From assembly GCF_000150275.1 (NCBI RefSeq), contig NW_002060963.1:591262-655261 (forward strand): a DNA stretch of 64,000 nt, written 5' to 3'. The notes below the pieces were generated by a model. The model did no database searches. It was not told where the DNA came from and was given only the letters and a program-made list of their open reading frames with translations. Every line of letters starts with the position of its first letter. Position 1 is the stretch's first letter. The stretch is from Trichoplax adhaerens. Its lineage: Eukaryota; Animalia; Placozoa. Below are positions 38,111 to 52,574 of the stretch, piece after piece. A program made the position numbers and the translations under genes.

Positions 38111-40514
38111 ATCATCCAGGATTAGCCAGGTTATTTACTCTATTTCGTTAAAATTCTTCCCAGGTGATAATAGTGTCTCAGTATTATTCAATCATACTAA
38201 AAAGATATTAACAGTTTTCTTCTTGATTTTGTGCTTACTGTAGTCATTAGTCTGAAAAAGTACACTTAAATCATAATGAAGACAAAAGCTAGTTAACAAA
38301 TACCTGTCAAAGACTGTCACGAAACCTATAAAAAAAATTGCCTAAGGAATGAAATAAACCTCGATATTGTAAAATGAAATTGAAAACACAGCAACAAAAA
38401 ATAATGCAGACATTTTTATCGTGATAAATAGTCTTCGTTAATATTGGGTACTTGTAACTTAGACAATTTTTTTTGAAAGAAACGATAGAATAATTTAGTT
38501 AGATATTCAAGATGAAATTTAATTGACCATGTTGGTAATATTTGTGTATTAAATTATGGGATAAAGTACATTAAATAATATCATCTTATTGCTTCTAATC
38601 AAATATCATATCTTGAGCAATTAAGGTCATGTCTAATGCAGGATGGCGATGTTATGATCATAATATCCCTTTGTTACTTTAGAATATCTTTCTTTCATCC
38701 TTCATTATCCATAGAAATTTTAAAATTTTATACTATTATAGTTAGAATATCGATTCTAACGAACGACTAGAGTTGGACTAGGGTATCCTTTAATTCATGA
38801 TAGATATTTTTCATTCGTTTTGGATTTATTCCATGGTGCTCTTCCTTTGTTTTCAATGTAATTTAACCTTTAATTAATCAAGACTTTTATGTTTACCAAG
38901 ATCAATTTAAAGATTTATACTTCTCCTAAATTTGAAAGCGATTGGACAAAAGTGGTTATAACTGGCTTAGACATAACTAAAACTGATCCATCTACACTGA
39001 AAAGGAAATTAAGTGGGAAATACTTTCGATCCATTCTATGATTGAAAGCTCATTATCAAGAATAATATGGAAAGCAATGATGCAGATGTTACCTTAGGAT
39101 TAGCTAAACAAGTTGGAAAGATTTTCTTTTTAATACAATAACATTCAAAACCATCTGTTAAGGTGACAATAACCTATAAACTAAGAGACGTAGTAGTTTT
39201 AATTTTGCTAATTCAATAGATATTTAGATTCTTTAAAGAGAATAGATAGTTTTTTATCTTGCTGTCAATGCTGTATATAATGGTACCTTTTAGAAAGGTA
39301 AGAGAATCAGATTAAAACTACCTCATGATCTCTTTGGTATTTTGCTTCGTCGTGGCAACCTTTGAAGGGTAATTTCTCGTCATTCCTGACCTATTTGACT
39401 ATTGCTAAAAGCTTCTTATGTTTTGTTTCTAAGGTGAAAGTGCATAATGTAATTAACTATAGGAATGAGAATTTACAAAACAGTGCAGTAAAGTATAAAT
39501 GAATCGAATTCATTCTATTGCATGTTTCGCTTGGTTATAAGAAATTTGCGTGAGATATAACATGAATGACTAGATCGATAATTTGCAGTCTTTTAGTTTA
39601 TTCCTCTATTGATTTAGTATTGTTAGGGTTACGCTTGAATGTATCTCAATTTTGGTGCATAAATTTCTTGAATAAATTCTAATACTGACCAAATTACGTT
39701 AATAAGCGTTGGTTATTGAATTATGATGTTAATTAGTAATTATTAGGGCAGATATACTGCACAAAAATGGATTACTTGGTTAATCATTGACACTATTTTG
39801 TACTGTTACACTAATAACTTGATCACGTATTTTTAAGCTTGAATTTTTTTCAACGAATGACTTGAACAAATTCAATAGTAATGTGATAAAATTATAAACT
39901 ATCGAATATTTGAACTTGATACTGTACTGTGGAAAAATTTAACTATCATTAATAAATCGAATTCAATTTTTTTGCTGTAAATACTATACTGCATTACTAT
40001 GCACCAAGGATATCACCTCAATATTACTGGACTAGAGAAACTATCAAAATTGCACAAAATAGTCTATTTTTGCAATTCCCAATAGTGAAGAATCTGGTCA
40101 TTTACAAAATCAGCTTATTTATAATTAATTAATTTGCCATTATAATCAGAAGTTAATATTTGATGTGGGATAGATGCTGGTTGTAATATTTCATTAAGAT
40201 GGCAAGATAGAATATTAGTTTTGATGAATATTAACAGGCAAAGAGTCTCAAATTAAGGCCTGATTAAAATTCGAAATCAAACCATATAAACAGAAGTTAA
40301 TGTTAGATTTAGTATATATGGTGGTAATAACATTACATTACAATGGTAAGTTAAAGTTACAGCTATCGCCTCTAAAATTGTTCACTAACAACACATGGCT
40401 GTTTTAACGCCTAAATGCAACCCATGACACACTAGTCACTCATATCTAGCAACGCTATCTTACTTTTGATTATAAAGTATCGAAGCGATATTAAAATTAA
40501 AATAGATACATTAC

Positions 40515-40933
40515 TGTTACGATGCGTAAGCTCGTCCTAATTATTGAGTAATATTAAATATTGTTTGTGTGGATTGACGTTTTATTAATTGTCATTTCTT
40601 CATATAATTTGTTTAATCTTTGATTAATATGATAATGCACTGAAGATTCCTTTTTAGTAAGTTAGTCGGTTGGATAGTCAACTATTTTATCAATTGATAT
40701 TTAATTGTAAAGACTATAATCTTGGGTGCCAAGATTCCTTCAGTAATACATCATAGTAAATCTCTGACTATCTCGTCTACATCATCTGTGACGCTATAAT
40801 TATACCATAGTATTCGGTCGTTGGAACTGAATTATTTGGTGATATAGCTAATCTCGCCTCTTTAAGTTAGTAAGTGGCGTTCTCCGCAAGGATTGGCGTG
40901 TGTAGACTACTTTGTCACTAGTGGTGTGTGACA
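40515..40933 (+). mobile_element. Solo LTR (419 bp) with 5-bp TSD ATTAC
   Basis: Termini TGTTAC...GTGACA, flanked by ATTAC at 40510-40514 and 40934-40938. Homologous to the 5021 and 8175 copies. Confidence 0.88.
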
Positions 40934-43900
40934 ATTACCTACCTTGCATTTATGAAGTAACAATTTCTATTGAGTACATGATTTTATTATATATAGACAC
41001 ATTGTTATACTATTTTACCGTAGGGCTTAAATCAAGATCAAAGTCTGTAATTGTCAATAAACATACAATAGAAATTGAATCAGTTTCATAATATCAAATG
41101 ATCAATTAAAAAAATGGATATAGAAACTTTCCGCCCATGAGCAATTCACAGTAAAAATGTTTTTTATAGTCAAGAAATATATTGATATTCATATTTTACA
41201 TTTACTTTCATTAAAGTTTATTTTAAGGTAGGAATTTTAGTAATAGTCGAAATACCCAGTATGATGGTAGTACCTTGAGCTTAGAAGTGAAGTTGAATTC
41301 TTAATTAGTACCGAAATTACTAACATGTGCTATAGAAAAATGCAATGTTCGCGTAGTTTTACATGATTAATTGTTCGTGCTCCAGCACTGGTTTCACTAC
41401 AAACATATAGCAATCAGACTAGTACCAATTTTTTTGATATGATATATAAGCATTAATAATAGATATGTAACAGATACATTACTAACTCTCCACCCGTGAA
41501 ATAATAATTTCTATTGAGTACATGATATTTTAATAGTATAGTTGAAGAATCTGCATATCTTGATACTTACAATAGTGCTTAAATAAGAATCAAGTTTGTA
41601 GTACTGAACCATTAGTTAGAATGCGGAAATGCGTTAATGTCCTATTGAAATATTTGAAATAATGACCTAACAATAATTATAAACAAGCAACAATAAATTG
41701 ATATCTTAGCAACTAGAAAATTTCTATGTCTGGATGAACAAGATTACAAGATTTGCTAAAGCTAAATAAATATCCATGATATCATAATACTTTACAAAAG
41801 TACGTCGTCGTATAATAGAACGAATGTATGTATTTTATATAGACGTTTTGTTCACCTAGCTAAGTTTTCAGTATGAATTAGTTCTACAGTTAATGATATA
41901 TTGATTATATTAATAACTTTCCATAATCGGAGCGTAATTTACAATAACAAGTCTAATTATTTCAGATAAATAAGTGTTTAAGTCATAATTTATCAGTCCT
42001 AAAACTACCGCACCAGAATAGATAAGATTTTGCGAATTTTATTGATACTAAATCTATGTTTGGAATACCTAATCGTTGTTATTTTCAGAGCTCAGAAAGT
42101 GTGCTAGACTGGCTAGTCATTAATACATATTGATCATCATGTAATATTACAAAGCGATCGCAGGACATATTAACAATTGATTGACATTTTATTAGCAGGA
42201 AAATTGTTATGCATGAGCGATCGAGTGCAAAGATTATAATTGTAAATTAATTTTTGTCATTTTTCAATACTCTAAAGATCTGATTTTGATATAATAAAAT
42301 ATCAAGATGATGAATTGACAGATAGAAAATTTATGCCGAAACTAATAAATTTATGTAACTTTACTGGCATTCGTTCGATCTACGCTGGGAATAAATCAAA
42401 GAAGTAACTTTATAGAGTCTTTATTAGTTGCAAGTCAACTTGATTAGTAAATAACTATCGTATCCATGATAATGTGAAAATACTGAATGAGTATAAAAGA
42501 TAGTAGCAATATCTTGACATTTCTGTCAGGTAGACAACTGTTATGCTTGAACTATCGAATATAAAGGTTTACAGCTGTAAATAGATTCTTACAATCTTAT
42601 AATACTTGATAATATCTGACTTTAGAAGAACAGCGTAAATAGAGGATAAATTGACAGGCAGTAAACTTTCAAGTTTGAAGTCATCAATTTACGTTTGTTG
42701 TTTGATGTCCATAATTAAAAACAGAAATAACTTATGTGGAAGGTTTACTAGTTACTAGTAGATATCACTAATTTTGTAGCTGTTTATACTAGTGGATAAT
42801 ATGCATCAATAAGTTATTAAAGGATATCGTGTCAGGCAGGGTAATTTTATAGCTGAATGAAGAAGTTACGTAAATTTAATTACGTTAACCTAAACATCGA
42901 GCATATAAAAGTTGTCAATCCTAGTCGATATAGAAGTCCACATTTTCTTGGTTGCATAGCTTGTAATTAAAGTCGAGATTAGACTTTGCTTAATGACTAT
43001 CAAATTAAGCATCATCGTTACTAAATAGATAACAAAGGATAAGTATAAAATAATCCAGCCCCTAGCAACATTAAAGCTCATCAGTATGCAATCATACAGC
43101 AGGTCATTAAATGATGTCGATTTATTTTCCGAGTGTTACTTACGTTATAATGATCAGTATATTATATACAGCATAGTAACCAATTTTATTTGCATTGCAT
43201 CTGTTCATTTCTTATTATTGAGAGATATTTACAAATTAACAAATACAATTGTAATAACAAACTGGTAAGAAGGAATGCAAAGTTCATTTTTTTCCATCAT
43301 GATAATCAAATCCTTGGTCAACCTTTTTATTCTGCTACATTCGTTACAGTAATACAGAATACATATAAGGCGGATGCAATAATTGACAATGAATCTATTC
43401 GTCCCAGATCTATCGCCATGGATGGATTATACAGAATCTATGTTGTATTCAATTTATCAATGGATAAGATATTGATTTATAGGAAAATTGCGTAGTTATA
43501 CTTTAAAATGCTAGTAATAAATTACCGTAGTTACCGTAGTCTAGAATATGCATATAAAATGGATACTGTATGATAATTATAAAATGAATTCAATCAAAAA
43601 TTTCCATAGAAATAGGTGGATTGGTAATTAACCAGTAATATAAGACCTTTCATTATCATTGAAATTTTATGGTTCAACTTTAAAGTCATTAATAGCTGAC
43701 ATGTACAATTTCAGCGATTGTAAATCATGGTAGACATTATTTCCTTAATTCAAATTTCAATTTTTCATGAAAATTTTGATAGGCAAGAAAGCAGGCATTC
43801 ATGTCCATCCTTCTTTGTTTCTTTTTTTTTTATTATTTCATGAATAACTTTGTATATATACATAAATAAATGGAATTTGTGGATTGTAAATAGCTCTTAA

Positions 43901-44049
43901 TAAATTGCTCCCACGTTACCGAGAAGTATCACTAGAAAAGGATTCCTTTTCTGGCTCGCATAGAAAAAAGTTTCTTGATATTGCAATTGCTTGGATACAA
44001 TTTACTACCGTTTACACGTAAATAATCATTCTGGGTAGAACTTAATGCT

Positions 44050-47000
44050 TTTACCTACGTCAGTTCATAACAAAGAATTGGATAGAAATTCAATATACTC
44101 GCTAATTACACCAATTTACATTCGAACAACATTTTACAGGAAATCTTTTCGCTTATACTATTTCAACCGCCAATTGTCCGATGTTTTAAGTATTGACAAA
44201 GTTGTAGAGCTCCTCCTCCACTCAGTTGCTATGTCAATATTCCACCGAAAAATTTGTTTGATTAAATCGATGACATGGAAGCACTAAAACATTGACATTA
44301 AATAAATAATCAATGTAAAATGAGTAATACTTTATAGTCCTGCTGTGGGCAGTTAATAGCTATGTAAGGAGAATTTTACCATCCTGGTGATGATTGCTGT
44401 GATAAGCATATTGCAAAGAGGCTTGTGGAACATGACAAAGTAATCCAATTTTTATTTTAACTTTTCTATTTTTGACTAGCGCAGGTGATACTTGCATGAT
44501 AATCGCCAAATTGTAGTCATGTTCTGTACAAAGAAGAAATAATCGATTTCTATTGTAGCTAAATTAGAGCTAGAACAATCAACAAACAAATAAAATCAAC
44601 ACCATTAAATTATTTTCTCATGTCTTTTCAATTCTCTAAAACAATGAGTGAATCAATTTGAAGAGGCTAAAGTTCTTGTTATCCTAGTCTATTTAAGCCA
44701 TTCTTCCGTCTCCAACCAGGAATCTTTTGATCCTATTTCATTAGGATATTTGTTATCATACCTGGTACTGAAAATTTATGCAATCCTATTTGCCATTAAA
44801 CCAGTGGAGCTTATTTTATTGGCTATACTCGATAGTATCTCACTCTTTTTGTCAAGTTTTAGATGTTGGCAAGGTGAATCAATTGGAAAAATTTTTGCCA
44901 CATCATCCTTTCTACCATCGTTAATCTTAAATTTTATCAAGGTGAAGAACTAGCTACAAGGTAAATGCTCCAAATAAATCTTTTCACTTTTAAGTAGCAA
45001 TTCTCTATATTCCATCATTGAAAAAATAGTAACGACACTGAGAGATCATCGTATCATGCTATAACTGTAGGGTCAATAATGAGATATTACAACGATTTCA
45101 ATCTTGTATAAACTAAATAAAAAACACAGCAACAAACCATCATGCATTCCAAACTTGTCAAGCACCATTAGACATACATTGAGGTGGTTGAAGTGATCCA
45201 TTTATTGATTCTTTGCAACTTTTTCTTATCCATTTATTTAACGACCATAAATAGCTTAAATAATGAAATACAATTTGTGATTGCATCAGGACTGCAGGGT
45301 TTTTTTGCTATCGTGTTCGAGATGGCAGAAGAAGCTTGAGTTATATAAATACGGATAGAATGATGATGGTCTAGATAGAGGTAGATTAGAAATGGATTCT
45401 TTCGGCATTTCCGTTATCACTTACCGAATCTCATCTGTTATCAACTACGTTGAAGGATTGTTACTCACTTTGATTGATTGCGTAAAAAGATTATGGTCTA
45501 GAATGGAGTAAAGAGTAGAATTTGACGGAATTCTTTTCAATATTTCGTCTTTTGAAGATACTATCTCATTACTAATCAGGCTCTATTAGTTAATTATTTC
45601 CGTCTTTAATGGAATAGACTACAGTTTAAAAGCAATCAGGGCTACAAGATGGTTCAATATTTTTGATTTCATGGTAATAACACGATCGCTGTATTCTAAA
45701 AAGATAGGATCTCACGATGGGCTCATCATGTACCACAGTAACTTTCTAGGCTCAATGAATGCATGATTAATTTTTATTATAAAAGTCTACGCCACCTAAT
45801 GTAGTCATCATTTAGACAGGATCATTCCATATTAATAATACATTAATCTACTCTCCCTCTCGATTCAATTTCCTTTGCATTCAAGCAGTACGGTAAATTC
45901 GTTGAGTAGTATTAGTAACTTTCTCTCCTCAATACAGTATAAAAAGAGTCCTATTATTCAAAATTGATTCGATCTCCTTGCAACCTTGTTATCCTTTCGA
46001 CAAGATTACGATCTGATTGTGGCTGCTGGTAGAATTGGATCAAGATTCAGTCCTATTTTTATCGCAAGATTTTTAATTTCAAATTGTCCTTTCCAATTAG
46101 TAGATAGACATGAGTTTGATTACATTACATTAGCCTAGAGTACTTGCAATATCTTCTCTACTAACATCAGTAATTACAGTCAGGAAACAAGAACATAATT
46201 AGATTATAACATATTATCTAAACAGTGAAATAGAATAGAACGGCATTTTATAACATTTGAATCATAGAGACAACATGTTTGAAAATTGCGATTGTTATTT
46301 TAATGATGGCCACGAGACAATCCAATCTCGTTTCCGACCCTCTGCCTTCCTTTTCGTGCAGTCAAATAAAATGTGCCTAAAATGATCGCTAGGATCATCG
46401 TTTTAGAATACCTGAGATTACAATCGTTAGGACTGTAAATCCCTTTTTACCACTTAGGGATCGTCTTTGAATAATTGTTAATCTATTCCTTGACTCAATA
46501 GCAAGGATCTACTTTACCTTATTTCATTAGAACGAATTATAAAAGGAATATTCTCAAATACTTTAGCAACGAAAGAGTCGCGTATATCTAATCGTTCACC
46601 TCAACCACATTATAGTCTATTTTTTGTCCTAGTTCTTTTTCAGTCATGACTATCTACTTTTCCACTTTTTAACAAGGAAATTAATTTTACACCCATTCTT
46701 TAAAAATGAATTATTAAAGGAATATTCTCATTTATTTTAGTCGATGATTATTTGTCCCTTTACTCCATAGAAATTAATTTTATACCCATTTGTTAAAAAT
46801 AAACTATAAATGGAAATACTTTCAATTATTTTAGTCAACGAAGGAATCATGCATATCGAATAATTTATTTCTTCCGAGCCATATCTTGCTATAAATCATA
46901 TTAGTCACGACTGCTTAATTCTATTACCAGATGGATGACAAATTCTTCATTCGTGACTTTCTATACTTCATAACAAAGAAATTGATTTTACAAGCATTTG

Positions 47001-50000
47001 TTCAAAAACGAACTATGAAAGGAATATTCTCCATTACTTCAATAAACGAAACAATCATGTATATCGATGAGTCCATTATTTCTAGTACTATCTTGCTACA
47101 GATTATACTCTTATTAGCCATAATATGCTTCATTCTATAATCAGATTGGTTCTTCCTTATTCAAGATTGTCTATCTCTTGACTGTATAATTTAAAAAAAT
47201 CAATTTGACATCATTTCATAAAAATAAATTATAAAGAGAACATTCTCAGTAATTTTAGTAAAAGAGACTATTCCACAGATTAGTTAATGACCCCGCTTTA
47301 TTCTCAGTGTGATCTTGCTATTAATTTTATTAATTTATGTCTACTTAATTCAATTATCAGGTTGAAGATAAATTTTTTTTCTTAATCGATGACTATCATT
47401 ACTTATAAATTATTCGCTCGAATAAGCCATGATATTTATTAATACACAGTTTAACTTGATTTGCTTGATTTATCCCTACTATTTATAATGCAACCTGTAC
47501 GCCCACAGCATATTCTGATATTGTTTTTGCATGGAAGATACAATCAACTCTGACACAGCACTACTTAAATTTGTTTCTATACACTTAAAAAAATCAATTT
47601 CTTTTCATGTGGATCATCCATGGATAGTCTTTCTAATTTCTCACATTACAATACGAGACGATTGAAATAATGGCTTGATTCTAAGAAGGAAATCTCTCAA
47701 GCTTATTTCTGCGCTGCTTTATGCTATTCTCCACGCGATAGAATAGAACTACTCTAACTCTAACAAGAAAAGGAGATCAACTTTCATAATCCATATTTCC
47801 GATCTCATATCGTAATATTAATCTAGAAGAAAATAAGAACAGAATCTCCGTAAAAATCTCTCCTATTCTTGCTACATAGTACTTGTCTAATTTCATATAT
47901 AAATGTTAAAAGAATGATTTACAAGCTATCTATTAATTAAGGGAACAAATGCATTAGAATTAGTTTTCAGTCAGGTAACAACTTCCTTCATTAATGAAAA
48001 ATTAATCTTGCCTATTCAAATTTCCTCCATGTCTACAAAGCAATTTATATTATCAAGCGAAATTGGCTCATTTCAAATCTTTCTCATCCGTTAGCTTCAT
48101 GTTAGCCAAGAACAATATTAATGTTGGGGCAATAGAGAATAATAATTCGACACAACTAAGCATTGGTAAAATTAATGTCTGGTTGTTTCTCCATTGAGTT
48201 TTTCATGTTATTCTATAATAGCAGTAGTTTACTCTTAGACAAAGACCAAGATATGGAAATGAATTAAGAGTCAAAACTTACTATTTCTATTTTTAAATGA
48301 TTGATATCGATTCTGATACAATGTACTTTCAATTGCGTATAAAAATAGAAGTATATAATTGAGATGGACATGAGCAATTAAGGTCTGCCCATTCCTTTCA
48401 GAAACAATCATGATGATTTAGAACAACAAGTACATCATTTGGCAAGGATAAAGAGTTCAAATAAATAAATTGCTATCATTAATGATATCGGCTAATTCCT
48501 GTTTAATTCTGAAAAAAGTAGTTTCATCCGGTCATCTAAGAAATGAACAGCGTACATTAGTAAACTGATGTTGAATAAATAATCTTATTTTTACTTGTCA
48601 TATCTCTTTATTTTATACTGACTAGAAAGTTTCATAAGGATAGTTGGCTGGTATTTTTATTTCAAGATGGAGATATATTTCTATTCGTCATCAGATTGAC
48701 CCTTCTGATATAGAGAAATCGACTGTAATAAAGTTATTTTTAAAGGTAGTCATCGTCACTTTCATAACGAGCAGAAAGTACATGAGAAAAGTCGATAGGT
48801 AGCGATATCCTTATTCTAAATATGAGTGAGCATTTTCTTAGTAACGTGACAAAATATCATAGAAAAAAGTACAACTCCTAGTGATCACTTTTATGGTGAG
48901 AAGAGAATACCAGAGAGAAATCGGTAGGAATTCCTATTCTACACGTCAACAGAGTTACTACTTTCGCAGTGAGTTTAATGGCGTGGAAATGTCGGCTGGT
49001 ATTCTTATTCTAAACGGAGCTTGCACATTCGTAGCGAGTGGAGGGCCATGAAAGAAAATGTCCGCTGGTATCGTAATCTAATGGTAGAAATTTATTTCTA
49101 GTCACCATCTAGTTAACCCTACCGACATGGAGAGTAAGGCTGGTGAAAAGTTTACATTGAGCATAGGTCGCACTTTTGTAATATCGTCCTTCTGCTTCTA
49201 TTACTAAATAAGATCAAGAGCAGAGATTAAATCGGATTAAAAAAGTTCAATTCATCTTGTGTTTGAAAGTTGTCTCTTCATTTGCTTGTTATCCATATTG
49301 AGAATGGAGGATCTAATCTTGGGATAACCTCAATTTCTACTAAGCTATTTAAAATGATAATTTCGGATTTACGCCTAAATTACACAATCATTGTACCAAC
49401 TTGTAAAGGTCTACTTTAACATTTCTTGGAGTGTCCACCTCCTACATATCCTTCATGATTAAAGCTTTCAATTTCTTGCTACAATATGTAAAGTAACATA
49501 AACTACGGCTTTTTCGAAGGAAAGGGATCGAGCAATAACTTGGTCATCATCGGTATTATGTGTAAAACAAATCTGGCTATTCCATTCATGCAATACCCTC
49601 GTCTTCCTTGAAATAATATTAGTTTTTTTATTGGTATCTGTTCTAAGAGTATAATCTGACATTACTCAATTAATTGACTTCATCAGTATCACTTTGTATC
49701 ATAAATTTTAATGTAGAGCTACCTATACAAGGAAATAATGCCAGGTGGCACGCTATTTTTCTAATTAATAATCTTATACCGGTTCTGAGTGTTAAATACT
49801 CTTGATTGAAATTAATTTAATTACAAATGTTAGAACGCTTCCCACACAGAGTACAGTATTAAAGCTGCTATGCATATCTGCAGCCATCTTAGTTTGCAAG
49901 ATATCCTGAGATGTAGGGGAGAGCCTCATGTAAGCATTTCCAGATGGACTTACTTTGTCCATCACGGATACCCATTATAATATAACATTCTGAAGGAATT

Positions 50001-50230
50001 CAAATCACGCAATATAATAATAAATTGAACTATTGAAAATGATTAATTATCATCATCAGTAATAAAATCCAGCCTAGGCTTACATTGGATTATAAAAGAT
50101 GTTGACAATATTGCTGTAGGTACACCTGGAAAATTTCTTTCATGTTGTGGATAATGGCCAAGTTTGATTTTAAAGATAACCAATTATCATGACTCGAAAT
50201 AATGTTAAAGCAGCCTCAGATTTAGAATAT
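44050..50230 (-). pseudogene. Possible decayed multi-exon Roco-like (ROC-COR) / death-domain gene
   Basis: Minus-strand remnants in the expected order: FRVMIIGY (~50180), IAALILYS/VGSVL (~49850), KVILMKSI (~49680), FIYLNSLSLPNDV..W..PSQLY (~48400). Death-domain-like NLAIKIGLN (~46060) and DIATEWRR...SEKISCKMLFECK...LCYEL (44060-44240). Several pieces have AG/GT borders. Motif recognition by eye only. Confidence 0.33.
46500..47400. repeat. Degenerate tandem repeat
   Basis: Variants of aaaa(t/c)gaattataaaaggaatattctc...ttttagtcaacga at ~46530, 46705, 46798, 47005 and 47222. Confidence 0.6.
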
Positions 50231-50739
50231 TACCTATATATAATAATCACTCTTCGCCTTTAATTGTAAGCGAAAATCTTTATTCAACTTAAACGGAACT
50301 TCTTTCACTCTATGGCAGCCATTTGTGCCCTTATATAGAAAACAGTCATGGTGATTTTGAAATCTGCTGCAAGATATTTCACACCAAAGAGTAAAGGCGA
50401 ATCATCAATGTCTTACTTAGATTAGTGGCATTTTTTGCAAATACTAGAAATTAGATACTGCTGATTGTTCACACAGTTAATCGCTTTTATATGCAGCAAC
50501 TGTTTGAACTACAAAGATTTGAATATCAATAGGAAATAATTACTTCAAGTTTTTACCGTATGTCTGATGGCAAAAGAAATTGTTGGTAAATTTCTGGCAT
50601 AAAATAAGTTCTTTTGTGCCATGAATTAACCTAGTCTAAATTTGACGAACGGACATCCTATTCCCTAATATGATTCTCTAATGGAAGGACATTAATGATT
50701 CTATATTTACTACAGCACCGGCATGTAAAGAATTCAAAG

Positions 50740-51380
50740 AATAAGTTCTTCTGCAGTTGTAGCTCTCTTTCTTGATATTGCTTTCTGATCTGAAGGAAAT
50801 TATTGATGGTTCTATTTGCGCTCGAAAAATTGCTAAATGAATTCCTTCATATCATGATTCCTCAAAGCCTATCTTGATATTACTTTCTGATCTACAGGAA
50901 AGAAATGATGATTCAATTGAGTAAGAGTAATTCAATAAAGTCTTTCTTGATATTACTTTTTGATGAACAGGAAACGAATGATGATCCAATTCGTGACTGA
51001 AGAATGGATCATCAAAATCTTTCCTAACATTACTTTCTGATTTAGAGGAAACGAATGACGATTCAATTCGTGAATGAAAAATGATTCATTAAAGTCTTTC
51101 CTGACATTGCTTTCTGATCTGCAGGAAAGAATGATTTGATTCATGATCAAAAAATGAGCCATCAAAACTTTTCCTAATATCCTTTTCTGATCTGAAAGGA
51201 AATGAATCATGATCGCATTTGCAGGCAAAGAATAGCTAAAATGAATTCCTTCATCTAATAAATCATCAAATCAAGTCTTGATATTACTTTCTAATCCGAA
51301 AGGAAATGAACTGAGGTCCAATTCGCGCGTGAAGAATTGCTCAAATGAATTCTTTCACGTACTGAATCATCAAAACCCAT
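50740..51380. repeat. Degenerate minisatellite, 70-105-bp units, about 7 copies
   Basis: Recurring cttgatattactttctgatct..aggaaa..aatgatgattcaatt. Confidence 0.8.
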
Positions 51381-52574
51381 CATCCTAAGACTGAAAGGTC
51401 ACCAACCTTACAAACTATACTATTCTTACACTTAATATCCGATTGCAAATGAAATCAAGAACAAAATCGTTTACAGCGGAATCACTTATAAATGTAAACA
51501 AAGACAAGAGGAAACATCAATCCTTCGATCCGTTATTACCACCACCATAGGATTTAAATCCTTCTTGGCTTATTTTATATGGTACTTAACCTTAACATTA
51601 TTTTCTGACGTAAAGGAAATCAACCATAATAATTAGTATAGTAAAGAATTACTTCTAGAGAATACATAATGTAGGAATAACTTCCTAGCTTAGGCATCCG
51701 CTTTATTGAAGATTTGAACTTTAAACGTGACAATATTTTTTGATAATTCTTTGCAATAAAGATATTCCGGTATAAAATTCTTAACGATGATTCTCTTATT
51801 TTAACCACCATATCCTGTGAGTCGGTAACTTGACTTATTTGAAATCAATCATTTACTGCCATTTCTTATTAGCTTTTACAATTAACACCTCATTTTGTCA
51901 TAAGTCTGTGAAAGTTTCCGACATTGATCATTGTTTTGCTTTGCTTAACAAATAAATTGACATTACATTGCTGTTTGTAACAACAACAGCATCTTTCTCG
52001 GCTTAAAGTTAATCGATACCGCAGTAACTTATTGATCTGATTTCTGTAGTTTAACCGAGAATTCTTATTAGATCAGTGTTCCTTGACAATCGAAATGGCA
52101 CTTGAGCATCCAACCTCATAAAAATCTCTATCCTCTATCCTGTGATTTTTCTTTTTCTGACACAATGAAATCATAAACACTGGTAAGGTCGATTGAGCAT
52201 ATTACGACAACACGAATTGTTTTCTTGTTCTTCTTCTACTCGCTATTTTACTGCCACTCATTAATTATGCTAGAAATTGAAATATTGACAGTATAATATT
52301 TCATTTACTTTGATAAACATGGCGACTAGACCGTAACTAGACCAAAGCTCAACATCAACAGTAAGTAAAAGGACCGAATCGAGTAGTCTAAGTTTTATCG
52401 AACCATAACAACTATAGTATAATGAATTTATTGTGAGTTTACTACGATATACGAAATGGGCAACAGACCGCATCAAGTAATCGAAAGGTTTATCAAAGTA
52501 AAACAGCTGCTGCAATATACTTAATTTATTATAATTATGATAGGAAAAAATGGGCAATAGGCTGTATAGTATAA

